Of a DNA stretch of 64,000 bases, positions 18,913 to 30,222 are shown one piece after another. Source of the stretch: a virus. Its lineage: Duplodnaviria > Caudoviricetes. Location of the stretch: positions 1 to 64,000 of IMG/VR virus record IMGVR_UViG_3300025735_000003, one strand, 5' to 3'. Each line of letters opens with the position of its first letter. Positions within the stretch are counted from its first letter, which is position 1. The position numbers and the translations under genes were made by a program. The notes below the pieces were generated by a model, which had not been told where the DNA came from, ran no database searches, and was given only the letters and a program-made list of their open reading frames with translations.

Positions 18913-19308
18913 GCTATTTGATGCAACAATTTGAAATCTTCTGAAACAAACCTACGAATTATAGATAAGTCCTTTATAAACAAGCACTTGCTCAATACTC
19001 CCTAAACTGATAGCGTAAGCTTTAGCCTCATCTGTAGGGTATGCAACATCAAAATCAGCATCCTCAGCGAACCACAGATGACTATCCAGAAACCCTTCCA
19101 GTGTGCTGACAGGAAGGTTTGAATAAGCTAGACAATCCATCAGCGCTTCATTGTGTACACCTTCTACTTTCAAGGATTCCAATACAGCTTTGATGGTAGA
19201 AACTTCGATTCTTGCGATCATTTTAAGCTCCAATGTGCGTTAGTGTTGTATCGTTTTTGTTACAAATCTACAGAGTGTGTTGCTTTGGTGAATCACTCTG
19301 TTAGGCCC

Positions 19309-19336
19309 ATCTTACAGTCTTCGGATCCAAACGCAA
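19309..19336 (-). promoter_or_regulatory. Possible sigma70 promoter with structured leader
   Basis: TTGCGT, 16 bp, TAAGAT; leader has a CAGAGTG/CACTCTG stem (19271-19300). Confidence 0.45.
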
Positions 19337-19361
19337 TAGGTGTTTCACGGAATTATCACAT

Positions 19362-19922
19362 TTATTTTCCAACAATGCCTTGCAATTTCTCAGCTTGTTT
19401 CTGAAGATCCGTGATTTGTTGCATCAGAATGTCAAGCTGTTTTTGCTCCTCTGACTTAATCTCAGGAAACTCTACAGAATCTATGACTGTCTTAAATCTA
19501 AGCTTGATTTCTTTAGACGTATCATATTTAGGATCAATGCTATCCGTGTGACAGAACGCACCGGACGTGAATGGGCTAAGCTTGAGGTAAAGTGAACTTG
19601 TATAACGTACCGAAGTGTCTTCGTGGTGTTGCCACACAAATCCTTGGTCAAACAGCCAGTTCTGCACCATCTTAGAGATTTCATGGGTTGGTGTATAGAC
19701 GAACCACTTATCTTTCTTAATATCGAACACATCTACATCCTCTTTAATAATTTCTACATCGTCTTTGTCAAAATACTTCGTTCCTACAAGCTCACTGCCA
19801 ATCACTTTGTATTCTAGTTTTGAGTGATTATCCAATTTAATTTCAACAACGTCATACTCTTGACCAATCCGGTCTGCATACCAATAACTACTCAGTCCTG
19901 CCTTGATCACTTTAACTTTCAT
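19362..19922 (-). CDS. Hypothetical protein
   Basis: 186-aa ORF, AGGAGAG RBS. Confidence 0.8.
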   Translation of the reverse strand: MKVKVIKAGLSSYWYADRIGQEYDVVEIKLDNHSKLEYKVIGSELVGTKYFDKDDVEIIKEDVDVFDIKKDKWFVYTPTHEISKMVQNWLFDQGFVWQHHEDTSVRYTSSLYLKLSPFTSGAFCHTDSIDPKYDTSKEIKLRFKTVIDSVEFPEIKSEEQKQLDILMQQITDLQKQAEKLQGIVGK

Positions 19923-20199
19923 CTCATCTCTCCTAAAACATTAATTTAAATTATCAAAACATCAGCGCTTTAAAACATCCCAGTCAATTTATGCCACTGC
20001 TCTTCTACAAACCGAATCCCTTTACAATACTCATAGTTATAAGGACCATTCAACCATTTCTCCATGTGCTGCTCAAGGGCTGTCACACTGAGATTGCAAG
20101 CGTAGATACAGTCAGATATGGCCTCTTGATAACAATCTGATTCTGTAGACTCATTCAACACAGCCTGCAAGCGTTCTTTTAGAAGTTCAAGAGGTTCCA

Positions 20200-20535
20200 C
20201 TAGTCGGCTCCAGATTCGTTGGGTTTGAGGGCTGCATCAACTAAGGCTAACTGTCCGAGAGAAAACAGCGAAGGATTTGCGTTAAGGCGTAGGCTACGCA
20301 GAATTTCTAACAGTTCGGTGTTTCTCATGTTCGCTGCTTTTAAGTTATTATTAAGGCCGGAGATCATTGAGTCATTCAGCTCGGCGAAATACTCGTTTTG
20401 TTCTTTCAAGTTCTTTACCTTGGTTGACAGGTTTATAATTGAGTTCCTCTGCCCTTGCATTATGTCAAGGTTATTGATCACCTCTTCCCGCAATGCATCT
20501 AATTCATCTCTCAACAATTTATTTTCAATTTCCAC
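20200..20535 (-). CDS. Coiled-coil hypothetical protein
   Basis: GTG start with AAGGAG RBS; heptad Leu pattern. Confidence 0.7.
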   Translation of the reverse strand: MEIENKLLRDELDALREEVINNLDIMQGQRNSIINLSTKVKNLKEQNEYFAELNDSMISGLNNNLKAANMRNTELLEILRSLRLNANPSLFSLGQLALVDAALKPNESGAD

Positions 20536-20959
20536 AATATTTCTCCTTTACTTCTGCTTGATTATTTAAGTACCCAAACAATACCCCAATTTCCCCCACA
20601 AAACAACCCTTTCATGCAGCTTTTTCGTATTTTTAAGCCGCGTTAGGGTTTAGTTGATAGCTGTAGTAGGCTCTGTAATATTCGTCTTTAAATCCGCTAT
20701 TAATTCATTGAAACTAAATTCACTAGGATAATACTTCTCACGCAAACTAGACGGTCCCCAGAATGTCTCTGCACCTTCACAACTAACAAGGTCTAACAGA
20801 GGCTCATCCAGAACATAACTAACACCTTCAGTGGTGTAAAGATTAAGTCCTGTCAATCGACAAGTGAAGTTTTCATTAGGCTGCACAATAGCATGGATTG
20901 TGTATTCACCATTATATTCAGACAGGTTTGGACTTTGTAAGATGATTACTTCACCAACA

Positions 20960-21157
20960 CTAAACAGGTTTTTCATCACTGCCTTCCTTCGTAACACTTT
21001 TCTGTATGACGTTACTCGCTAGATAGCAAGTTAGGATTGTCATAGTAAGAATCTGGAAATTCTCAACGGGTAGTTTACCAATGTAAAGAAACAAAAACAA
21101 GAGCATCTGCACAACGGCAGATAGTAGAAATTTCCTAGAAATGTATTTGATGTTCAT
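20960..21157 (-). CDS. Small two-TM holin-like membrane protein
   Basis: SRKF then two hydrophobic helices, Y..SN motif, charged tail. Confidence 0.5.
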   Translation of the reverse strand: MNIKYISRKFLLSAVVQMLLFLFLYIGKLPVENFQILTMTILTCYLASNVIQKSVTKEGSDEKPV

Positions 21158-22635
21158 ACCTCAATCCCCTCTTCAATAACTTGTCCAAATACATTAGCCA
21201 ATACATACTCTCGGCAGGCTTTATCAAACCTAAAACGACATTGTTTCAACTCTTCACGGCAAAGTATGTACTCAAGGCTATTATCTAGCGAACTTTTCGA
21301 CTTTGCATAGGCACTTTCTGCCTGCTGGAGACGTTCTAACAGTGAAGTAAGGTGGTTCATAGGGGTAGCTCCCAAGCCCGACTTACGGGGATATTATAGT
21401 CGGATGTTCCAGAGTAGTAAATTCTAATCGAGTCTACATCTTCTCTCACATCATACTCTTGATAGGATTTTCTGTATCCTGAAACATATTTTGTAAATGG
21501 TGCGACATTATATAAATAACCAAAGATGATTTGAACTTCTCTCAAGGACAAATTGTTCATTTCTGCACCCCAATAATCCGTGTTGTACGAGCTACACATT
21601 CCCACTCATCAAAATCTAGGAAATGATACCCCGACACTTTACTCCACACAACCAGAGTTTTATCTTTAATAGATTGATTTGTGTACTCTTCAAAGTCGTT
21701 GATGTTATTCATTTTATCATCCTCAATTCAACAGTCATATCAACCTTCCCCGGAATACCTTCCAGCCATTTGTTGAAGAAGTCCATAGCCTGTTGACCCT
21801 CTGCACAAACACTTAGGTAGAATGTGTCTATACGTCTTGGGTATTTACCGTTTGCATCAACGAGGCTGTAGTCAACATTAATAGTAACCTCATCCCATGG
21901 TAACGATTTTGTATATTTCTTCAAAGAGAAGTGATCTAGAAAATCACCCTCAACCGTACCAGTTGCACTGCTCCAGACACTCATTTCACCAACTCCTGCG
22001 CATATATCATCGCATCACTCACATTTCCAAATGGCTTAGCAATGTTGTTAAAGATTACTGTCCAAGTGCCGTTTTGTTTGAATGGGAGGATTCCCAATCC
22101 GTTCATGACCATTAGTTGGTTTGAATTACTCATTTGATATGCTCCTTGCCACACACTGTACACTTATTATAGCTGTCATCACAATTATTGTGATAGTCCC
22201 AACCATCTACCACTTCTTTCGTTGGGTGTGTGCAAACCTTTTGAGCCTCTTGTCTTACTTTGTAAATCTCTTGAAGTCTGGCTTTGTTCTTAGCTTCTTG
22301 ATTTTTAACTTCTTCTTCATGTGAAGCAAGAGCACTTTTATAGGCAACCATCAAACTTTCTGCTACGATATTCATCTCAATTCACCTTAATCATAATGGC
22401 ATTACGCCAAACAGTTGGATAAGTAGCATACTCACGTTGATCCAATACCCCATGAACACGGATACCAGATTCTGTGTAACCATCGGAGATTATTGCAAAT
22501 CCTTCACCCTCAGGAGTAAAAGGATCTTCCCAATCTTGAAGAACAACTTTACCCATCCAGCCGAAATCAATATTCATTTAACACCTCGTGCCAAATCGAT
22601 TGCATTATTAATATCTTCTTCGCTAGACTCTGTGC

Positions 22636-23331
22636 TCAAATACATCTTGTTATTACTCCCATAGAAGCTTCATTTTTAAGTCTACTAGCTCTCGCTAAAA
22701 GTGAGTCTGCCACATTCTCTTGGTAAGAGTACATATATTTTGGATCAGTGTACCACCATTCTACGGCTTGCTCAATAGCCCTTGCTTTATTTACCTGCCA
22801 AAATCTGTGAGCTTCTTCTTTTGTTTTGAAGAATCCGCTCACTTGTCCGCTAGGTAGGAATACAGAACTACAATTGACAGCATAGTCAATACTTGTTTTC
22901 TTTTTACCCTTATATACTCGTAAGCATACGCCTGTAGGAAGATCACGATCTTTTTGTACACTTCTAATGAGCAGCAAGTTAATAACTTTTGGTACAAAGC
23001 TGCAAGTTTCTGGTGAATATATTTTATTACCTTGCACCAAGATGTCCTTGTCGAGCTCCAGTCCTTGCCATACTTGTGTGTTCATCCACTCCACGAATTT
23101 GCTTGCATAAAGCCAATCCTCACAAGTATGTACTCCAAAATAACTTGAAGTTTCTACACTGTACCTTTTGGCGTATGCCCTATCCATCATATGGCCCCAT
23201 GCAACGTAATAGGGACATTTCCACATATCCACCGCCTTTACCTTGCCATTTACTTCTTGATATGTGGTCTTGCAGTATTGATAATCAAGATCATTAATGC
23301 CGACGCCATGTACTATTCTAGTCTTTACCAC
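22636..23331 (-). CDS. HNH-type homing endonuclease (family B)
   Basis: VHGVGINDLDY, CPYY..W..M..R, WLY.S.F..WM, LDKDIL.QGNKIYSP.TC.F. Confidence 0.8.
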   Translation of the reverse strand: MVKTRIVHGVGINDLDYQYCKTTYQEVNGKVKAVDMWKCPYYVAWGHMMDRAYAKRYSVETSSYFGVHTCEDWLYASKFVEWMNTQVWQGLELDKDILVQGNKIYSPETCSFVPKVINLLLIRSVQKDRDLPTGVCLRVYKGKKKTSIDYAVNCSSVFLPSGQVSGFFKTKEEAHRFWQVNKARAIEQAVEWWYTDPKYMYSYQENVADSLLARASRLKNEASMGVITRCI

Positions 23332-23802
23332 TTAATTTACCCATCGCCTTGTCAATTAAACTATTAAGCTCCACATCCGTGTATTCCTGATGCCCCATCC
23401 CACAAAAGAAGTCTTTAGAGTTGTCTGTCAAGCTATCCCACTCAATAGCGCACTGAGACAGGAAGAATGTCCAACGAGCACTATTCAATTTCTCATCTTC
23501 TGGTACACGTTTGCTCACTACAGCCTTGCGTGGAGTTTTCATTTTAGATTGACTCCTTCAACTTGATAATTTCTTTTGTGGTGTTCATAATCGAAGGAGT
23601 ACTGTTCAATCATCAAATCTCTATGGATAACAGCATCTTCGAACTCGTAATAGGCGTCCAGCAATTTGGTTTTAGTTCCATCAATATCATCCCACCAAAT
23701 TTCCTTTACAGTATAAATTTTCATAACATTCTCTCCTATTTATCCTACATAACATACCTATTTCATTTATTTCAGCGCTTTAACGCCATGTCTTGTGTGT
23801 TG

Positions 23803-23831
23803 ATTATGATGGGTTGAAAGGAAGCTGTCAA
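23803..23831 (-). promoter_or_regulatory. sigma70 promoter
   Basis: TTGACA, 17 bp, CATAAT. Confidence 0.8.
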
Positions 23832-24488
23832 GAATTACTTGAATAATATTTCTGACCTTCTTCTGTCTCCATCCATTTATCATGGTGTTCACACATTTTG
23901 TCATAATCGTGACAAGCTGAGTCCCACATTGTCCACTCTTCTACGGGTTTATTTTTATAGTCTTGGTTATATTCTAGATTTTCATAATTCATTTTGTTTT
24001 CTCCTCATTATCAATGAAGAATTTACATTCTTTTACAGGATCTTTAATCGAGGCTTCCATGCATATCCACGGCTGATATCTAGGAGCAGCCTCTACCAAA
24101 GACCGATAGCAAAGTTCCTTTCGTGGGCAGTTTGTGCCGGGGCACTTGGAGAACACGCTCATTCTGAATAATCCCAATCAAGACAGAAATCTTCATATTC
24201 ACTACTTTCTAGCCACTGAGAGTGTATTGAGTCACAGTCTCCTGATGGTGTATATTTATATAACCAATCTTCAAACGCCCGCTGTTCTGCATTCTTTAAA
24301 TCTTTGTTCATCACTCTTCTCCCAAATCAAACTCAAACGCTTCAATAATTAGCTCAATTTCAAATGTGGTCATAGACCAAACCTATTCCACACTGTACCA
24401 TCATCGCACAATGCTGTCATCACAAAATTGCACTGAGTATCTTGTACATTCTCAACACCTGTCACACAGATTTGAATGATTTTACGTG

Positions 24489-24710
24489 TCATTTCTCTTC
24501 CCCATTAATTGTCTGAATAACTGTAACTTTTAATTTAGTCATATCCTCTGCACAACCTGCAACCAGTCTAGGCCCAAGCCACGTAGGAACAGTGACAGTG
24601 AAATAATAACCCTTTTGTTGAGCACATGAGATCATTATTTTATAGTAGTCGGGGGATTGGAGGTTGCATCCTGACAAGAGCAAAACTGATAATAAGAGAA
24701 TGTATTTCAT
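24489..24710 (-). CDS. Small lipoprotein
   Basis: MKYILLLSVLLLSG-C lipobox. Confidence 0.75.
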   Translation of the reverse strand: MKYILLLSVLLLSGCNLQSPDYYKIMISCAQQKGYYFTVTVPTWLGPRLVAGCAEDMTKLKVTVIQTINGEEK

Positions 24711-26127
24711 TAAAATAAATCTCCTTTTGGATAAGTCGTTACTGGAGTGAACGGAAGGGTCTTGTCCATTACAATCATCTCTCCAAACATAATATAATCA
24801 GAGAAACAAATCCATTCTACATCGTAATCTTTGAAGACTTCTTTGTGAGCAGTGTTCATCACAATAACACACGTTCTTGTATCAAACCAAGATGGGAGCT
24901 TTAAAAGTTTGATTAACTCTTCTGTTGCTGGTGGTTTGTATTCTTCAAGCAACCCGAGCATACCTTGGATTTGGCTGATTTGGTTTTCTGTAATCATTTC
25001 TTACTCCTATATTCTTCAGGCCAAGGTTGGTCACAATGACGACAGTGATTGAATCCCCACATATGAAGTCCACCAGTTTGTGGACAGATTGAACAATCAT
25101 CTGGTGGGTAGTCGATGTACACAGTCTTAGGTTGTTCTTCAGAGTCGTCAATAGATCCAAACGATTCAAACCCACCAACACCTAGAACACAGTCTAAGTA
25201 ATCGCTACCTGTACCGCTGTAAGTGTGTCCCTGTTCAGCTTGTGCTACCTGTTGAGCAGCAACCCAGCCTTGCCACTTTAGATTGAATTCCCCGATTGCT
25301 CCTAGTGGATATTTGAACCTGTAGTCTGTATGTTCGAAGTACAGTCCCATTTGCTCTGAATAAATAAACCCTTCAGGTTTTTGGAAGAACTGTTCAAATT
25401 GTTGTTGGTTCATTTCCATTTAGCCTCCAAGTGTTTGTAGACATCAATGAATGCACGTTCCAATGCATAGAATTCATCATCGTGAACTAGGCTGACGATA
25501 GTCTGTACAGATGGAATATCTGCAAATTCTTCAGCTACTAAGATCTGGAAGCTTTCGTACTCGTCTTGTTTTGTGTAGTATTCTGTCATTCTGGTTTCTC
25601 CAATTCTCTAGTCAAACGTTCAACCTCATTCCGAAGATATTCATTATCGATACCTAGGTAAACAATAACCTGTGCTGCTGACATACCAGCGAAACCAAGG
25701 TGGTTGCTGGCTTCCATAGCCTCATCATACCAACATTTATAGTCGTTGTTCATTTCATTTCTCCTATAATTGCAACTCTGCGGAAGTCCCTTCGGAATAA
25801 CTTGTGACTAACCATTGGAATTTTCATCCAAGCAAAACAATCTGTCATCTTAACTACTTCGCCTGAATACAAGTATGATCCATTATCAGCACCAAATACA
25901 ACTTTATCGCCTACTCGTATTTGTTTATTATTCACGTCAAGCGGCAGTGTTGGTAGCATTATTCTTCTCCGTACATATGTCTATAGCTCATCATTGTATT
26001 CAAGTAGTCCTCATAAGATGAGTGGTCAATATCTTCCCAATTACCTTTTGGGTATTCATAGCTGACTGTCAGAAACTCCTTGTCGCCTTTGTACTCTTCG
26101 AATTGCTCTCTTGTGTAAGCACTCATT

Positions 26128-26622
26128 TTAAATCCACTCCGGTTCATTTCTAAGGCTCCAACTTACACTAATCGGCTTCTCTCTGCAAGCCCATTCACGG
26201 AATTTCTCACGGAGATAGGCTTTATAGGCAACCGTCTGATCAAAAATCCCCAATCGTTTATACTCATCATCCATACACATAGCAAATGGGTCGAGCGGTG
26301 CTCTTTTAATATTGCATGGAAGCTTATCCAGCACAGATAGTAGCTCAGAAGTCTTATGAATCTTTCCTGTGCGAAAGGTGTATTCATTGCAAAGAGCTTC
26401 GAAGTGAGCATAGAGCCATTGGTAGTTTCATGAGGTTGAGCGGGTCCAGACAGCGCTAGGATGGTTACGATGAGTAGGTTTGTATCCAACCTGAATACCG
26501 TCCAATTCAAAGTGTACAGTAGACAGCAATTGGCTAGCCTCAATTATCATTTTTCGGTTATGTACGTCACAGTGGTCTTGTGCCGATTTGATTGGGCAAA
26601 TGTCGGTGACAAAGATATTCAT
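26128..26622 (-). pseudogene. Pyrimidine-dimer DNA glycosylase/endonuclease V-like gene interrupted by one in-frame TGA (26428-26430)
   Basis: MNIF.TD..P..SA..HCD.H..KMI.EA.QLLST..YK.TH.NHP..W.R then *NYQWL...LC.EY..R..K.H...AY; frame intact over 165 codons. Confidence 0.8.
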
Positions 26623-26655
26623 GAGAAGGCCTCTGTGTGAATGGCTGATGTGAGA

Positions 26656-26691
26656 ATAATACAGACAAAAGAAAAGGCCGTCAAGCGGCCT
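26656..26691 (-). promoter_or_regulatory. Terminator/promoter hybrid
   Basis: AGGCCG-CTTGA-CGGCCT-TTTCTTTT; TTGACG, 17 bp, TATTAT. Confidence 0.8.
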
Positions 26692-27066
26692 GTAGGGTTA
26701 TTTGTGTTTATCTGCTTCAGCCATTAATTCCTTAGCAGTCTTCGCAATACGTTCTTTCCAAACCTTCTCAGCCTCTTGCCAAGTATTCCTGTTGTAATTG
26801 CAAGGACCAACAAGATTCGCTGCTACAAGCATGTATTGGTCAAATCTTGACATTTCATTGTCCATCACTTTTCCTCGTATTTAGATTTATCACAGGACAA
26901 GATCATTTCAGCTTGTCCTTCCCAATTAAAATTAAGCTGGTCGTGCATATCTTTGTAAGAGAACCCTAGACGTTTCATAGCATGGAGTGCTTCCTTACGA
27001 GCTTCAAGGAAATCTCCCCACCACTTGTACGATTCGTCAAATTGTTTTAGTTCCTGTTTGTTCATA

Positions 27067-27558
27067 TCAATACTCCAAATCATCAGGATTAAAATTACTT
27101 TCAGGATAATAATTCACATCAGACATGCTGTCAAGTACATCTTCAGGGAAATCGTATTCAAATTCCAACATCTCAACGACTACAACAGCCTTTTGGCTTC
27201 CTTTTTTCTTATCCTTATACCACAACTGTAGGTTTGGCACATATGTATATACGTTTTTAGGATAACCATTAAAGCGCTTCTTATATACAGTTGTCAAACC
27301 ATCTTCAATAAACTTGCGTAGAATATTCCCTGTTGCCTTCAAGTCCATGTTACACATATCAGCGATAGATTGCTGCGTGTCGTAGTATTCATTTCCTAGA
27401 CTTTTGAAGAAGTCAAATCTATTTTTAAGATGTGCGTAAATAACCTTATCACTAAGGTTCATCTTGACACACTCACCGTTACTATTTACATACCCACCAG
27501 CATTAAGCAGCTTATAGGGCATCATCAGAAATTGATTTTCGTTTCGTTGCTTTGTCAT
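27067..27558 (-). CDS. Winged-helix DNA-binding protein, Rep-initiator-like (DUF6945-like)
   Basis: DKVIYAHL..R; YYDTQQSIADMCNMDLKATGNILRKFIEDG HTH plus wing (VYKK..KNVY); acidic tail. Confidence 0.6.
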   Translation of the reverse strand: MTKQRNENQFLMMPYKLLNAGGYVNSNGECVKMNLSDKVIYAHLKNRFDFFKSLGNEYYDTQQSIADMCNMDLKATGNILRKFIEDGLTTVYKKRFNGYPKNVYTYVPNLQLWYKDKKKGSQKAVVVVEMLEFEYDFPEDVLDSMSDVNYYPESNFNPDDLEY

Positions 27559-27621
27559 ATTTCACCTGCGTTCTTAGAGTTCTTTTCATTTGGTTGTGAT
27601 TCCTAAAGTTCTTAGTTTCTA

Positions 27622-27750
27622 TTAATTATTCTTCATTTCAGACACCTCCATAATTTTAAACATACACTGCAAAATGAAAGACTGACGTGACTTGCTGCCA
27701 CGATTCTGGTCAATCCAAGTAAGCAAGTGTTTAGGAATAATAAGGCTCAT
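27622..27750 (-). CDS. Ribbon-helix-helix (CopG-like) protein, 42 aa (47 if started at 27765)
   Basis: (RYK)MSLIIP strand, KHLLTWIDQNR helix, GSK turn, SRQSFILQCM helix; GGAGAG RBS. Confidence 0.55.
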   Translation of the reverse strand: MSLIIPKHLLTWIDQNRGSKSRQSFILQCMFKIMEVSEMKNN

Positions 27751-27777
27751 TTTGTATCTCTCCATAAGGATAATTTC

Positions 27778-28070
27778 GTATGGGGTGAAAATGCCCATAC
27801 ACATTCATATCTCTTTCACTTCGTTCTGGCACACAAACAATATTAAGATCATACACCTATGTGATGCCGAACGCAAGACAAAGGCATGCAATTATGCAAT
27901 CAAAAGAGAAAAGCTCTTCGCTCTGCTCATGTCGTGCTCCGCTCTTGAATTGTACGCTATCTATTTATCAATCTTATTATTTCAATCTATCTCATTCAAT
28001 ATAATTATTGGTGTGAAAATACCCATAGGGTGTGTGGCGAAAGTACCTACAGGCTATGGGTAGAAAATGA
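27778..28070. repeat. Inverted and direct repeat array with AT-rich tract and promoter (ori/operator-like)
   Basis: TATGGG/CCCATA half-sites next to GAAAAT at 27778-27800 and 28013-28069; GCTC x5; AT-rich 27960-28010. Confidence 0.55.
27848..27876 (-). promoter_or_regulatory. sigma70 promoter for the RHH-wHTH operon
   Basis: TTGCGT, 17 bp, TATGAT. Confidence 0.7.
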
Positions 28071-29432
28071 CTACAGAGGCTCTTCCCATTGAATCACAAT
28101 CTCATCAGTCTTGTAATCATGAAACTCAAAGTATGTCAATCCATCTTTAGGCTTAGGATTTAGCACACTGTCATTACAAGGAAATCCTTTCTCTTTTAGT
28201 AGGTGCATGATTGAACAGTTAGGTGGTTGATTTAGGATATCACCCATTCCTATACGAATCTCTTTAATCATTCCTCAACCTCCAAGAATTCCCAAGTGTC
28301 TACCACATCTTTATCATATGTGTAATCATAAAAACCATTACCAATAATAAATTGGTGGCTTGTTTCTTCAAAGGTGATAACTGGATCTACCCAATCTTGT
28401 GAACCATCTTTAAATGTTACGTGAAACTGTTTCATATCAATCTCCTTAATTTGTACAACCAATTTATTGATAAATCATCTCACATTCACCCCTCAAATAG
28501 CAAGGAAATGAAGATGGTATTATTTCAAGTGGTTAGGGTTTAACTTGAAGATTGTTCATCCTCAAAAAGTTTCATGTCCTCTACAAACCTCTCTACAGCT
28601 TCCTTGCTAGCATTGATTTCAAAGAAACGTGTTTCACCTACTTGAATAAAATCATCCGCATCTAATGTGAAACCATAACCTTCTTTATCATCACTCATTT
28701 CCATTCCTCTCGATTACGATATTGGACAGTCCCATCTACAAAATACATAGGCTCTTTAGTGCTATAATTCTTAAGCCAAACACCTGTATTAACCCAATGA
28801 CTCCAAAGCATGTAGGATTGTTCAAGTGTAAGCTTCCAACAATTCATCTTAACATCATCAGGGATTTGCTTATCCCATGTGTCCTCTGTGAACATCTGTA
28901 GAGTGATCTTGGCATCTTCGTTCATCAAATAGCGACCAGAATTGTACCTTGTGTACCAAGGCTGAGCTACTGGTGACGGTTTAGGTTTCTTATTCCAGAA
29001 CATCACTCTTCTCCCTTCCATTCCACATCATAAACAGGACACACATCAGACAACATCCTGACGTACGTATCATAATCCATAAAATTCCCTACCAAGAAGA
29101 ATATTCCCTGACTATTCATAACAATCATCTCTCCCTCTTTCAGCTTAATCTTCTGTCCCGTAGATGTGTCGATTATTTTGAATTTCTTTTTCATTTAATC
29201 TGACCCTTCTCAAGCTCATCCATTACAAAATTCCAGCCGTTTCGTCGCTCTAGATCAAACTTGACCAATTCGTACATTTTGACTAAGGTTGTGGTCTTGA
29301 TGCTGAATCGGGCACCATCTACGTCAGTGAACGTACTGTAATATTGGTTTGGGTTGGCTGACTGGTAATCTTCAATAGTCAGTCCTTTATCGGTAATTTT
29401 CATGGTGCTTCTCCTCATTGGTTGATGTGCCT

Positions 29433-29461
29433 AGAATAACGTCATCAGATCATGCTGTCAA
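29433..29461 (-). promoter_or_regulatory. Leftward promoter of the divergent region
   Basis: TTGACA, 17 bp, TATTCT. Confidence 0.75.
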
Positions 29462-29596
29462 GCACCCTTTTCGAAAAATCTTCTGACAGAGTGTAGATAA
29501 ATCTACCAAACAAATTTGCTAGACAAATCTACTGAATAAATGTGCCCAGGGGGTTTCCCCTGAAATGAGAGCTTAGAGAATATTTTAAATCAACCC

Positions 29597-29625
29597 TTGA
29601 CAGGTGTGGATCTGAGGGGTAGGAT
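29597..29625 (+). promoter_or_regulatory. Rightward promoter of the divergent region
   Basis: TTGACA, 17 bp, TAGGAT. Confidence 0.75.
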
Positions 29626-29668
29626 TGGTGTATCTGAAGTAAATCAATGAACGTTAAGGAGTAGTGAA

Positions 29669-30145
29669 ATGGGCATGTACACAGGTCTTCGTGGTAAAAT
29701 CACCCTTAAAGATGATAGCTTGAGCAAGGTAATTATTGAGAAAGATTTCGATTGGGGTTCTATCAGAAATTCTTACTTCAATGAAACCGTGTCAGCATGG
29801 GCGAATGTTGGTCGTTGCAATTTTATTCCGTTTGGTGCAGTCTGCTATATGCCAGATTCTTGGGGCGATTGGTTCCAGACAGTTAATGGCCTAACCTTGA
29901 CATTCTGCTGCTCACTGAAAAATTATGAGCAAGAGATGCAGACATTTATTGACAAGCTACTTCCAGAGGTTGCTGAAGATTGGTCACTGGAGAGCTTGTA
30001 TGAGGAATCGGCTTATAGTACACTCTACAAGAAGGGTCAAGAACCAGATGAAGAATTCAACACATATAAAGATTATGATCCGTATGACCAGTACGAAAGA
30101 GCTATCGAACAGAAACCTTTCACGGATGTGTTCAAGCTCTCTTGA
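29669..30145 (+). CDS. Hypothetical protein
   Basis: 158-aa ORF, AAGGAG RBS. Confidence 0.8.
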   Translation: MGMYTGLRGKITLKDDSLSKVIIEKDFDWGSIRNSYFNETVSAWANVGRCNFIPFGAVCYMPDSWGDWFQTVNGLTLTFCCSLKNYEQEMQTFIDKLLPEVAEDWSLESLYEESAYSTLYKKGQEPDEEFNTYKDYDPYDQYERAIEQKPFTDVFKLS

Positions 30146-30170
30146 CCCCTCACAAACAATGTGACAAGAT
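30142..30170 (+). promoter_or_regulatory. Possible promoter with TCACA-N5-TGTGA palindrome in the spacer
   Basis: TTGACC, 17 bp, CAAGAT. Confidence 0.45.
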
Positions 30171-30222
30171 GCTGTGACTTGTAGAAATGTAAGCAAACAA
30201 ATTTGAATGAATTATTAATGTA

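Larger units (their letters stand above)
13377..29403 (-). other. Early/host-takeover region: more than 50 small minus-strand hypothetical genes
   Basis: Co-oriented, RBS-led, overlapping ORFs of 40-200 aa behind at least 10 sigma70-like promoters. Confidence 0.85.
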
